A program made the translations under genes and the position numbers. From an uncultured Oscillospiraceae bacterium (GTDB lineage: Bacteria; Bacillota; Clostridia; Christensenellales; CAG-314), in assembly GCA_964533825.1 (NCBI GenBank), contig CAZHMU010000009.1:1168-65167 (forward strand): a stretch of 64,000 nt of DNA, read 5' to 3'. How positions within the stretch are numbered: position 1 is the first letter of the stretch; each line of letters begins with the position of its first letter. The notes under the pieces are model-generated. The model was given only the letters and a program-made list of their open reading frames with translations, did not search any database and had not been told where the DNA came from. This document shows, one piece after another, positions 10,050 through 19,212 of this stretch.

Positions 10050-10301
10050 CGGCAAAACGACTGTGCAATCTCCCACATTGCTCGGTCACAGACTTTGCAA
10101 GTATGCTCCGCGTCGCAACTAACGCTACATTGTTCGCAATGATGCAAAAAAAGCATCATTGCTCACTTTTAGCGTTGTTGCTCCTTTCCCGACAAACCAG
10201 GATTTGATTTTTTTGGGGGATCCCATTAGTTGCAATGTGGTTCTTGCTTGCGTTTTATCCGCCAAACCGCCTAACGGCAATCAACCATTTCTTGTGACAT
10301 A
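10021..10301 (+). repeat. MITE-like repeat, long copy, overlapping the 3' end of the ABC ATPase gene
   Basis: Left end CTCTGCCACAAACTCTGGTTGCTTTTTGACGG and right end AATCAACCATTTCTTGTGACATA match the 8383-8503 copy. The interior holds a long imperfect hairpin centred on CAATGATGC-A7-GCATCATTG. Confidence 0.55.
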
Positions 10302-10537
10302 ACCTTGGATGTCCTTTGATAGTACAACACATTGGATAGCGGACTTTACAAGCAAAACGCAAATAACTAAATGCATCAACAGCCCTTGGATTTTTTCCAG
10401 GGGCTTTTTGTACTCTTTTATTCAATTTTGGGTATTTACTTTTGTGTTTCACTGTTGTATAATAAAATACAAGGATGGTCGCACACACATCCACAAACAC
10501 AGTAAAAATTTCTGCTGCAGTACAATGGGGTAATATT

Positions 10538-11566
10538 ATGAGCGAACAAATCATTTTGACAGCTGGCAAACTGCTTAACGAAAAGGGCGACCTTTGCCAA
10601 GCAGGTTACGCAACAAGTTTGGTAAAAGAGTACAACCGAAAGGACATCAAAGCAAGCGGTTGGCGCATCAAGGAGTGGGACTACTACTACATCGGCAACG
10701 ACGAGTGTGGTGTGGCTCTTACCATTGCCGACAACTCCTATATGTCACTTGTTTCCGCAAGCTACTTGGACTTTGTAGGCAAACACTATGTAACCGAGTC
10801 GGAAATGAAGTTCTTTACTTTTGGTAAACTCAATTTGCCAAGCACTTCAGCAGAAGGCGACCTTGTGTACAGCACCGACCGCGTCAAAATGAGTTTTTGC
10901 TTTGAAGATGGCAAACGTGTTTTGAAATGTTCCTTCAATAGGTGGGGTCCCAAAAAGCAGCTGTTTGAAGTGTATGCAGAGTTGACCGATGAGCCACGTG
11001 ACTCAATGGTTATTGCAACTCCATTTGACAAGCCTAAACATTTCTACTACAACCAAAAAATCAACTGCATGACGGCAAAGTGCACATTTGCCATTGGCGG
11101 TGAACAACAAACATTTGACGGCCACGCCGTTTTGGACTGGGGACGCGGTGTTTGGACATACAAAAACACCTGGTACTGGGGCAGTTTGAACACAACAGTT
11201 GATGGTCGCAAGGTTGGTTTCAACATCGGCTACGGCTTTGGCAATACCGATGCAGCAAGCGAAAATATGATTTTTGTGGATGGCATCTGCCACAAGGTTG
11301 ACCGCCTAACATTTGACATCCCAGTGGACGAAAAGGGCAAGGACGACTTTATGTCCCCTTGGAAAATTGTATCCAACGATGGCAAAATCAACCTGACCTT
11401 TGAACCCATCATTGACCGCGCAGACAACACCGACTTTGGCGTTTTGGCATCAAAACAACACCAAGTTTTCGGTCATTTCTTTGGCGACCTTGTGTTGGAT
11501 GACGGCAGTGTAATTACGCTTACAGGCCAAGTTGGCTTTGCGGAAAAGGTTGCCAACAAGTGGTAA
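10538..11566 (+). CDS. DUF2804-family protein
   Basis: 343-aa ORF from the internal ATG (MSEQIIL). The motif KEWDYYYIG and overall pattern are remembered from DUF2804. The upstream extension runs into repeat DNA. Confidence 0.55.
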   Translation: MSEQIILTAGKLLNEKGDLCQAGYATSLVKEYNRKDIKASGWRIKEWDYYYIGNDECGVALTIADNSYMSLVSASYLDFVGKHYVTESEMKFFTFGKLNLPSTSAEGDLVYSTDRVKMSFCFEDGKRVLKCSFNRWGPKKQLFEVYAELTDEPRDSMVIATPFDKPKHFYYNQKINCMTAKCTFAIGGEQQTFDGHAVLDWGRGVWTYKNTWYWGSLNTTVDGRKVGFNIGYGFGNTDAASENMIFVDGICHKVDRLTFDIPVDEKGKDDFMSPWKIVSNDGKINLTFEPIIDRADNTDFGVLASKQHQVFGHFFGDLVLDDGSVITLTGQVGFAEKVANKW

Positions 11567-11612
11567 TTTGCAACAATATTTTGCAAAACCTAACTAACTA
11601 TACAAGCAAAAA

Positions 11613-11650
11613 ATAAAGCATAGTGTAATTTCTATGCTTTATTTTTTTTG
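11613..11650. terminator. Bidirectional rho-independent terminator
   Basis: Stem ATAAAGCATAG/CTATGCTTTAT flanked by an A-run and a T-run. It lies between convergent genes. Confidence 0.75.
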
Positions 11651-11693
11651 CAAATAGTTTTTGTGCATATTTTGCAACATGTGGAGCTTTTTT

Positions 11694-12053
11694 CTAAAAT
11701 ACTCTTTGTATGATGAGCGTAACAACTGCACCAATGGCAGCAAACAGAACGCGCCAAATGGTGGTGTTTATAAGCTCTCGCCTACGTTGTACAAGTTCTC
11801 GATTGAAAGCTTTGCCCTTTTGTTTTAGGTTGATAACATTTACTGTTGTGCCATCTCGGTTGGATTTTGTACACTCAAAGTAGCCATCATACTCCAGTTG
11901 CTTGAGGATGGTGTCCAACTTTACGTTGTCCAATTTGTGCTTTTCTGGGATGCTTTGCAATACAAAAGAATTGGCAACAATACAAGTGCCGTTGTTGCCT
12001 TTGCAGGTATCAAAAATGACGCGCATTACAGATACTTCCTTTTGATTGAGCAT
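11694..12053 (-). CDS. Small membrane-anchored protein, possible N-terminal winged-helix domain plus C-terminal TM helix
   Basis: RBS AGGAGG 5 nt before the ATG. 119 aa. C-terminal hydrophobic helix IWRVLFAAIGAVVTLIIQRVF. No family recognised. Confidence 0.5.
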   Translation of the reverse strand: MLNQKEVSVMRVIFDTCKGNNGTCIVANSFVLQSIPEKHKLDNVKLDTILKQLEYDGYFECTKSNRDGTTVNVINLKQKGKAFNRELVQRRRELINTTIWRVLFAAIGAVVTLIIQRVF

Positions 12054-12062
12054 ATTTGCCTC

Positions 12063-12428
12063 CTAAAATATCAACTGGAACAAAACCATTGCTAAAAAAG
12101 CCCCCACAAAGGCGCACATTCCAACGCACACAAGCAACAAACCAAACTGCTTGCCCACAAGCTTGGTGCCTGTTGTTTCCTTCAATCCACCAAAGTGATT
12201 TTGCGTCTTGACAGTTACGCACAGGCAGACAGTTTCCTTGTCGTGATACTTGACATCAATGTATCCTTGCTCCTTCAAAAAGCTCATAATGGAGCAAAAG
12301 ACTTGCATATCAAACCCCATCTTTGGGGGAAGTAGGTCCAACAATGATTGTTTTTGTAATACTGTGTAGCCATTTCCTGCTTGCTCGTTCAAAACTTGCA
12401 AAACGGCATCTGTTTTTTTGTCCAACAT
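12063..12428 (-). CDS. Small membrane-anchored protein, similar architecture to the adjacent gene
   Basis: RBS GGGGAGTG before the internal ATG (MLDKKTDAVL). 121 aa. C-terminal TM FGLLLVCVGMCAFVGAFLAMVLFQLIF. Same length and layout as 11694-12053. Confidence 0.5.
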   Translation of the reverse strand: MLDKKTDAVLQVLNEQAGNGYTVLQKQSLLDLLPPKMGFDMQVFCSIMSFLKEQGYIDVKYHDKETVCLCVTVKTQNHFGGLKETTGTKLVGKQFGLLLVCVGMCAFVGAFLAMVLFQLIF

Positions 12429-12543
12429 TTTCACTCCCCAAGTAGCTAACAAAAATTTTGCGCTTGCTACGTTTTCCTTTGATTATTGGTTATTATTGCC
12501 CATTTTGTAGCAGATTATGTTTTTTACAAATATTGCCAAAGGC

Positions 12544-12572
12544 TTGAAAATTATCAAAAGATATGTTATGAT
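12544..12572 (+). promoter_or_regulatory. Sigma-A type promoter for the tmk-holB operon
   Basis: TTGAAA, 17-nt spacer, TATGAT, with a TGT extended -10. Confidence 0.5.
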
Positions 12573-12723
12573 AAAATGTAGAAAAATTTAGGCTATTTTT
12601 CAAGTTGTGGCTATGTTTTGTTTGTCAAGCAAAGCCTTGCTATGTATGTACGCACAGCGTTACGCACAAGGGCAACCAGCCAGTAACTTTTTACAATACG
12701 GCCAAGCCAAAGGAAGGACGACA

Positions 12724-13350
12724 ATGAAAAACTTTATCACAATCGAAGGTTGCGACGGTGTAGGTAAAACCTATCAAACTAAATTGTTGCGTGAATTTTG
12801 CCAACAAAATGGCTACAATAACATTGTGTTTACTCGTGAGCCAGGTGGCTCGGATATTGCCGAGCAAATCCGCGGAATAATCCTCGATGCAAAAAACAGT
12901 GGTATGGATGACCTTTGCGAAGCATTTTTGTACGCAGCAAGTCGTATCCAACACCTAAAGGACATTGTCAAACCTGCTCTCGAACAAGGCAAGGTAGTTT
13001 TTTGCGACCGCTTTGTTCACTCATCCTACGTTTACCAAGGTTTGGGACGTGGTCTTGGACTTGATCGTATCATCAATTTGAACGATCTTGCCGTTGGTGA
13101 GTATATGCCAGAGTTTACCATCTTTTTGGATTTGTCTCCTGCAAAGGCTTTCGAGCGCAAGGGCGGTGCGGACCAAAACGACCGCATGGAAGCAGTTGAC
13201 TACTCCTTCCACCAAAAGGTGTACGATGGCTACCGCGCTTTGATTGAAAAAGACCCCGACAAGTTTGTTGTTATTGATGCATCTGGCACAATCGAGCAAA
13301 CTCAACAAGCACTACGAAAGGTGCTTTTCGACAAAGGTATTTTGAAATGA
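12724..13350 (+). CDS. tmk: Thymidylate kinase
   Basis: RBS AAAGGAAGG before the ATG. P-loop IEGCDGVGKT, DRF motif (CDRFVHSSYVYQG). Confidence 0.9.
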   Translation: MKNFITIEGCDGVGKTYQTKLLREFCQQNGYNNIVFTREPGGSDIAEQIRGIILDAKNSGMDDLCEAFLYAASRIQHLKDIVKPALEQGKVVFCDRFVHSSYVYQGLGRGLGLDRIINLNDLAVGEYMPEFTIFLDLSPAKAFERKGGADQNDRMEAVDYSFHQKVYDGYRALIEKDPDKFVVIDASGTIEQTQQALRKVLFDKGILK

Positions 13351-14324
13351 TAACTTTGGATCCAAACGTTGTCGGCTATCTGTTTCGCGCATTTACCGAA
13401 GGACACGCCGTCCATGCTTACATAGTGGAAGGGGACAAGGCCTACATTCCATCATTGCTACGTCAATGTGCCGCTGTAACTCTTTGCCCAACACACAGTG
13501 CCTGCGGTTGCGACGTTTGTCAAAAGGTGCACGATGGCGTTCATCAGGACGTAATTTGTCTACCTCGTGACGGACGCGTTCGCCTCAAGGTGGAAGACAT
13601 TGCCTACTTGGTGGAGGAAAGTTCCCTTCGCCCAGTGGACAATTCCATCGCGCGCGTTTTTTTGATTGATGCAACCAGCTCCACCAGTGGCATTGGTAAC
13701 GATTTGTGGCAAAACAAACTGCTTAAAACCATCGAAGAACCAACAAAAGACACCTACATCTTTATCGGTGTAACGGACGCTGATGGTCTGCTTGCAACAA
13801 TTCGCTCTCGTTGCCAAGTTCTAAAACAAACAAGACTCAACAGCAAGGTTATTTGCAACGAGCTCATCTGCCGTGGCTACGACCTAAAAACTTGCCAAAT
13901 TGCCAGCATCATGGCAAACGGCAGTGTGCAAATGGCGGAAAAATTCATTGCCGACAACGGCGTTTTTGAAGCGTACAACTGCGCCATCGACACCTTGGAA
14001 AATATGCTTTCCACAAAGGTGGCTTTGCCGTATGTTAGCCGTATTGTCAACAATCGCGCAAACATCGCCCATTGTTTGGCATTTATGACTGTGTTGTTGG
14101 GCCAAAGCTTGCATTATCGCATTGCCCCACAACTTTTTGAGCTAACCGCTCTCAAAAAAACTATTGACAAAATTTGTGCAAACTACTCAATTCAAGCGGC
14201 CAGAGTTTGCATAGAAAAGATAAATTTGGCCAAAAAAAGTTTAGACGATGGATGCAACTTGAACGTTGTCATTGACAGCCTGGCAAGTGGCATTTTGGAG
14301 GTAAGATATAGATGTCAACTGTAA
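13347..14324 (+). CDS. holB: DNA polymerase III delta' subunit
   Basis: Position after tmk. HAYIVEG motif, zinc-module cysteines, Walker-B-like VFLIDA, sensor motif TIRSRCQ. Confidence 0.8.
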   Translation: MITLDPNVVGYLFRAFTEGHAVHAYIVEGDKAYIPSLLRQCAAVTLCPTHSACGCDVCQKVHDGVHQDVICLPRDGRVRLKVEDIAYLVEESSLRPVDNSIARVFLIDATSSTSGIGNDLWQNKLLKTIEEPTKDTYIFIGVTDADGLLATIRSRCQVLKQTRLNSKVICNELICRGYDLKTCQIASIMANGSVQMAEKFIADNGVFEAYNCAIDTLENMLSTKVALPYVSRIVNNRANIAHCLAFMTVLLGQSLHYRIAPQLFELTALKKTIDKICANYSIQAARVCIEKINLAKKSLDDGCNLNVVIDSLASGILEVRYRCQL

Positions 14325-15184
14325 TAGTAGGAGTTCAATACAAACCAAAGGGAAAGGTTTACTACTTTGACCCAAAGGGCCTCACTTTTGAGAAAGGTGA
14401 CGGTGTAATTGTAGAAACGGCTCAAGGACAAGAATATGGTGTTGTTGCCATTGCCAACAAGGAGATTGACGACTCCCTTTTGAAGGGGGAACTAAAACCT
14501 ATTGTTCGCAAAGCGACAGAAAAGGATATCAAACAACATCAAAATCTTATGGAAAAACGCACCAAGTATATGGCTGATGCGCAAAAACTCATTGCAAAGC
14601 ATAACTTGGATATGAAGATTGTCGATGCCGACATTATGTTTGATGGCTCAAAAATCATTGTGTATTTCACATCGGAGAACCGCGTGGACTTCCGCGATTT
14701 AGTCAAGGAAATGGCATCGCAATTCCGTATGCGTATTGAACTCAGGCAAATCGGCATCCGTGACGAGTGTAAAATGAAGGGCGGTCTTGGCCCTTGCGGA
14801 CGTGTTTGCTGTTGCAATGCACATCTTGACGAGTTTGCTCGCGTATCCATCAAAATGGCCAAAAACCAAGGCCTTTCCATCAACCCAACAAAAATTTCCG
14901 GTCTGTGTGGACGACTTATGTGTTGTTTGAAGTACGAAGACGACTACTACGCTCAAACACTCAAGTTTATGCCCAAGGTACACTCGGATATTGAGACCCC
15001 CGACGGCAAGGGCAAGGTGGAAAGTGTGGACATCTTACACCAAACTGTTCGCGTGCGTATCACTCGCGCTGACGACAGTGTAGAAGTTGCTGACTACACA
15101 TTGCCACAGCTTGGTATTGTTCCCGTGTACAAGGACACAACAACACAAACGCCAGCTGATGACGACGATTTGTCTGAGGACTAA
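14312..15184 (+). CDS. yaaT: PSP1-domain protein / stage 0 sporulation protein YaaT (RicT)
   Basis: Conserved YaaT pattern, Cys cluster GPCGRVCCC...LCGRLMCCLKYE, and synteny after holB. Confidence 0.85.
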   Translation: MSTVIVGVQYKPKGKVYYFDPKGLTFEKGDGVIVETAQGQEYGVVAIANKEIDDSLLKGELKPIVRKATEKDIKQHQNLMEKRTKYMADAQKLIAKHNLDMKIVDADIMFDGSKIIVYFTSENRVDFRDLVKEMASQFRMRIELRQIGIRDECKMKGGLGPCGRVCCCNAHLDEFARVSIKMAKNQGLSINPTKISGLCGRLMCCLKYEDDYYAQTLKFMPKVHSDIETPDGKGKVESVDILHQTVRVRITRADDSVEVADYTLPQLGIVPVYKDTTTQTPADDDDLSED

Positions 15185-15187
15185 TCC

Positions 15188-16186
15188 ATGGCAATACAAA
15201 CCAAACTACTAAATTTTACCGATGAGCATTTGGCCCTTGCTGGGCAGCTAATTCGTCAAGGGCAACTTGTAGCTTTTCCCACCGAAACGGTGTACGGTCT
15301 TGGTGCAAATGCCTTGGACGAAGGGGCAGTTTTGTCCACTTTTACAGCCAAAGGTCGCCCCAACGACAATCCGCTGATTGTCCATATCTACGATAAAAAG
15401 CAAATTTGGGATATCGCGCGTGAGGTTAGTGACGATGCGCAAAAGATAATTGAGCAAATCATGCCCGCAAGCATAACGATAGTGCTCCCCAAAAAGGCAA
15501 CCATTTCCAATGCCATCACTGCAGGGTTGGACACAGTGGCAATCCGTATGCCAAAGTCGCTTGAAGCGCGCAAGTTTCTTGCAGCTTGTCAAGTGCCAGT
15601 CACAGCTCCAAGTGCCAACACAAGCAGTCGCCCAAGCCCCACAACATGGCAACGTGTGGAAGAGGATATGCAAGGCAAGATTTCCGCAATTTTGTGTGGA
15701 GAGCCCTGCCAAGTGGGCATTGAGTCCACAGTTTTGGATCTCTCTCACGATGAGCCACTAATTTTGCGCCCGGGTGTAGTTACTCCAGAGCAAATCTCCC
15801 AAGTGTTGGGCAAACAGGTGCGTATGCTCACAAACCCCACCGAAAAGGTCAACTCCCCCGGTGTCAAGTACAAGCATTATGCACCAAAAGTGCCAATGGC
15901 GTTGGACTTGACAGGCAATGTTGACAAACTGTGCGCTCACTACGACACTCTTGTAAGCCAAGGCCACAACCCAGTATTGCTTGTGGAAGACGTAACTGCT
16001 TTTGGAAACCGCAATGTGCATCCAATAGGCTCAACGGACGAGCAAGTTGCACAAAACCTATTCGAAAACTTGCGCATTTTGGAAAAGTCCTACACACACA
16101 TCATCGCAAGCTACACATCAACAACGTCTTTTGCAAAAAGCATTTTGAACCGACTTACACGTTCGGCATCAAACAATATCATTTAG
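15188..16186 (+). CDS. tsaC: L-threonylcarbamoyladenylate synthase (Sua5/YwlC/TsaC type, long form)
   Basis: YrdC-domain motifs FPTETVYGLGANA, KGRPNDNPLIVH, SANTSSRPSP, plus a C-terminal Sua5 domain. Confidence 0.85.
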   Translation: MAIQTKLLNFTDEHLALAGQLIRQGQLVAFPTETVYGLGANALDEGAVLSTFTAKGRPNDNPLIVHIYDKKQIWDIAREVSDDAQKIIEQIMPASITIVLPKKATISNAITAGLDTVAIRMPKSLEARKFLAACQVPVTAPSANTSSRPSPTTWQRVEEDMQGKISAILCGEPCQVGIESTVLDLSHDEPLILRPGVVTPEQISQVLGKQVRMLTNPTEKVNSPGVKYKHYAPKVPMALDLTGNVDKLCAHYDTLVSQGHNPVLLVEDVTAFGNRNVHPIGSTDEQVAQNLFENLRILEKSYTHIIASYTSTTSFAKSILNRLTRSASNNII

Positions 16187-16201
16187 CGGAAGGGCATACC
16201 T

Positions 16202-16630
16202 ATGAAAATTTCTCTCGCCTGCGACCACGGCGGACTACAACTCAAAAACCACGTTGCAGATTTTTTGAAAGAGCACGGCTACCAAGTGGTGGACTTTGGC
16301 ACTTTCACTACCGACAGATGCGACTATCCAGACTTTGCCAAACAAGCAGCTCAAGCTGTTAGCAGTGGTGCGTGCAAGCGTGGTATTGTCATCTGCACAA
16401 CAGGTATTGGCGTATCTATGGTGGCAAACAAGGTCAAAGGTGTGCGTTGCGCACTTTGTACAAATGCCGACATGGCCACACGCACTCGCGCTCACAACGA
16501 TGCCAACATGATTGCTATGGGCCAAATTTACGTTGACTTTGAAACGGCCGACGAAATTGTCACAGCATTTTTGACAACCGATTTTATGGGTGGACGTCAC
16601 CAAGAGCGCGTGGACAAAATTGAAGACTAA
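16202..16630 (+). CDS. rpiB: Ribose-5-phosphate isomerase B
   Basis: MKISLACDHGG..., CTTGIGVSMVANK, HNDANM motifs. Confidence 0.9.
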   Translation: MKISLACDHGGLQLKNHVADFLKEHGYQVVDFGTFTTDRCDYPDFAKQAAQAVSSGACKRGIVICTTGIGVSMVANKVKGVRCALCTNADMATRTRAHNDANMIAMGQIYVDFETADEIVTAFLTTDFMGGRHQERVDKIED

Positions 16631-16704
16631 CGCAAAACGCAGTAAAACAAAACCTTGATGTTGTGCAAAATCACTTACAATTTTAGATACAATTACATCA
16701 AAAA

Positions 16705-16734
16705 AGGACTTGCAGTAGTGCAAGTCCTTTTTTT
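16705..16734. terminator. Bidirectional terminator between rpiB and the GNAT gene
   Basis: Stem AGGACTTGCA/TGCAAGTCCT flanked by A6 and T6. Confidence 0.8.
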
Positions 16735-16755
16735 ATGTGCTACAGTGCTGTTTGC

Positions 16756-17190
16756 CTAAATACGTTTTGTAAAGCAGATGATGCGATTTGCTTCATTAAA
16801 GCCCATTGCCATGTGAAAGCGCAAACTGTCGGTATTGGTCAGTTCGCAATCACTTGCAAACTCGCAGCAGCCCTTGTCCTTCGCCCAACTTTCGCAAGCA
16901 AGTAGTAGCTGCTTTGCGTAACCTTTGTTTCGGTGGTCTGCTCGGACAAAAATACCTTCCAAGTAGCCCACAGGACTACTTTCTGTGCCTTCGACGTAGT
17001 CTGTTCGCAAGCTACATTGAGCAAAACCCACAGGTGTATTGTCCACATATTTGACGAAAAATGCTACCTTTCCGCTGTTTAGCGATTGCTCAAACTCTCT
17101 TTTAAGTTCGTCAACAGTGTGGGCGCCCCACATTTGAATTGCCATTTCCGCCAAAATACTGCTGTCATGATTAGTTGCTTTACATACCAT
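16756..17190 (-). CDS. GNAT acetyltransferase resembling aminoglycoside 6'-N-acetyltransferase AAC(6')-I
   Basis: RBS AGGAGG. 144 aa. The block DYVEGTESSPVGYLEGIFV...KGYAKQLL...KGCCEFASDCELTNTDSLRFHMAMGFNEANRIICFTKRI aligns by eye with AAC(6')-Iy-type enzymes. Confidence 0.65.
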   Translation of the reverse strand: MVCKATNHDSSILAEMAIQMWGAHTVDELKREFEQSLNSGKVAFFVKYVDNTPVGFAQCSLRTDYVEGTESSPVGYLEGIFVRADHRNKGYAKQLLLACESWAKDKGCCEFASDCELTNTDSLRFHMAMGFNEANRIICFTKRI

Positions 17191-17233
17191 AAAACACCTC
17201 CTGTAATTTTATCCTTTTGTTATATCGTCAAAC

Positions 17234-18766
17234 TCACTTGCGAGAGTTTTCGACAGTGGCGCGTTTGGTGTTGATGTAATTTTGTACTGTTGTGCCGTCA
17301 AATTGTGCAAGCTTGTTGCAGTCAACTTGTGTCAGCGTGCTTTGTAGTGCGCTGGATGGCTCAATCAAGCTTTGGTAGTTGCGCCAAAATGCGTTCATCA
17401 GCGTTTGGTAGTATTCGTAGGTAAACCAATCGCCCTCCAAAATTTCTTCAATGCGCATATTCAACAACTCGTTGTAGTAGGCGCTACCGCCCTTCAAAAA
17501 GGTCTTGCGGTACAATGGGTTTTGACATTTACCAAGAGCGCCTTGCACGTCATTTGGCGCAATGTACTCCGTCTTGACATCGTTGTTGTTCCAAGTGTTA
17601 CCCAAACTCCAGTCGTAGTCGTACACGCCAAAAATTGCCAAGCCACTTGGTGCAAAGTAGGTGTAGTAGTTGTTGTAGTTGTTACGGATACAGTCGGGGT
17701 TGCCCAACAGATAGTTGACAGCTTCAAGTTGCGCAAAGTAGTTCATTGGCACAATCTTTTCCAAGTCCTCCACAAAACCCTCTTTGTGTGGATCAAGGGC
17801 GTTGATAGCGCTAATAAACTCACGCAAACGGCTGTGGTCGGAGTAGCCGTCCTCGTCCTCGTCGTTGTTTGTTTTGAGGTCGTATGTTGGCGTCCACGAT
17901 GGCGTTTCGATGCCGTAGTTTTCAAACTTGGTCATGTCGGCTGGTGCTCCTTGGTACAAGCATTTGTACAAGTCGCCACCTTGCTCGGCGGTATCAAAAT
18001 ATCTTTCGATAAATTGCTCGTCAATGGTTTCGTACAGCGTGCCAACGCCAACATTTTCCATACTTCCATTTTGTGTGATGGCAAAGTTGGTCCAAGTTAC
18101 GTGCGGATTCATTATGCCGTAGTTCCACAACATACGAGATGCAAACACTTCGCGAGTGTAGCTTGTGTCGTAGCTTTTGTTCCACTTGACGTACAACTTC
18201 TCCATTGTAGCAAAGGTTCTTGCCTTGCGTTCCTTGCGCAGAGCCTTGCCTTCGGGGGTGTCTTTGTGCCAATCGTGGTAGATACTTGTGCCTTCGTATT
18301 CGTCACCGTCAAAGGTCTCCGTAAACTTAAAGCGGAAGTTCACAAGAGCGTACATGATGCCATCTGTGTCGCAAAAGGCACGTTTGGAGGTGTTGCCGTG
18401 CAAACGTATGCCAACTTCTTCAAAGTAGTAGCTTGTGTCGTTCACAACAATGGTAAGGTTGCACTTGCGATACGTTTCCAACAGTTGAGGATCTTCCTGT
18501 TTGTGCTCAAAAGCGTACGTCATTGCGTACAATTCGCTTGGCTCAATGTCAATTTGGAAGGAAATAACTGTGTCATTTTGCCACAATGTTTGGTACAAGG
18601 CTGTTTCTTCGGTGGAAAAGTCGTCGTAAAAGTCGTTGTTTGCACTAAACTCTTGCAAAAACACGTTGTCGGTGGGCTGACGTGACATATCTGGTTCGGT
18701 TGGTTGACAGCAGCAAAACGTTGCAAGCATCACCAAGCACAGTGCCACAAGCAGTAGCTTTTTCAT
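17234..18766 (-). CDS. cotH: CotH-family protein (spore-coat kinase-like), secreted or lipoprotein
   Basis: N-terminal signal MKKLLLVALCLVMLATFCCC. CotH-like C-terminal pattern NNYNNYYTYF...YDYDWSLG. Confidence 0.6.
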   Translation of the reverse strand: MKKLLLVALCLVMLATFCCCQPTEPDMSRQPTDNVFLQEFSANNDFYDDFSTEETALYQTLWQNDTVISFQIDIEPSELYAMTYAFEHKQEDPQLLETYRKCNLTIVVNDTSYYFEEVGIRLHGNTSKRAFCDTDGIMYALVNFRFKFTETFDGDEYEGTSIYHDWHKDTPEGKALRKERKARTFATMEKLYVKWNKSYDTSYTREVFASRMLWNYGIMNPHVTWTNFAITQNGSMENVGVGTLYETIDEQFIERYFDTAEQGGDLYKCLYQGAPADMTKFENYGIETPSWTPTYDLKTNNDEDEDGYSDHSRLREFISAINALDPHKEGFVEDLEKIVPMNYFAQLEAVNYLLGNPDCIRNNYNNYYTYFAPSGLAIFGVYDYDWSLGNTWNNNDVKTEYIAPNDVQGALGKCQNPLYRKTFLKGGSAYYNELLNMRIEEILEGDWFTYEYYQTLMNAFWRNYQSLIEPSSALQSTLTQVDCNKLAQFDGTTVQNYINTKRATVENSRK

Positions 18767-18882
18767 TGATGGATCTCCTATCTAATTTTTGTCGCAGGTC
18801 CATTATACCAAAGATGATTGTCAAAATCAAGCGGTGGTAAAAACTTGATGACCAAAACAAAGCTATGCATTTGTTCTTCCGC

Positions 18883-18907
18883 ACTCTTCACTCTTCACTC
18901 TTCACTA
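18883..18907. repeat. Short tandem repeat, (ACTCTTC) about 3.5 copies
   Basis: ACTCTTCACTCTTCACTCTTCACTA read directly in the intergenic region. Confidence 0.8.
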
Positions 18908-19212
18908 TTACTTAACACTCGTAAGAGCAAACTTTGTTTTTCCGCAGAGAAAATAGTTTGCTTTGGATAACAAAGTGTGCTAATTTCACACGATGTATAT
19001 ATAATATAAAATATTATAAAAAAGTTCATTTTTTATAGGGGAGTTTTTTTGTCATTGTCGAAATTGTTATTGGAAAAGGAAAAATGCAACTTTTTTGAGT
19101 AATTTTGCCTACTTTTTGGGCAAATTTCCCCAATTTTGTGGTTTGTCCCTTTTTGCAAAGGGCAGGCCGATTTTTCTTTTACAAAGGATTTGAAACTACA
19201 ACAGGAGGAAAT

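Noticed and set aside
8388-10569. Track ORFs 8388-8579(-), 10255-10569(-) and 10309-10533(+), which might be read as small conserved proteins because they share peptides.
   Set aside because: The shared peptide (..KKWLI..) is simply the translation of the repeated MITE-like element. No SD or independent signals are present.
18883-18907. 7-bp tandem repeat considered as a CRISPR or phase-variation element.
   Set aside because: It has only about 3.5 copies of 7 bp, no spacers and no cas genes, and it is intergenic about 115 nt upstream of the cotH start. It is too short to call anything beyond a microsatellite.
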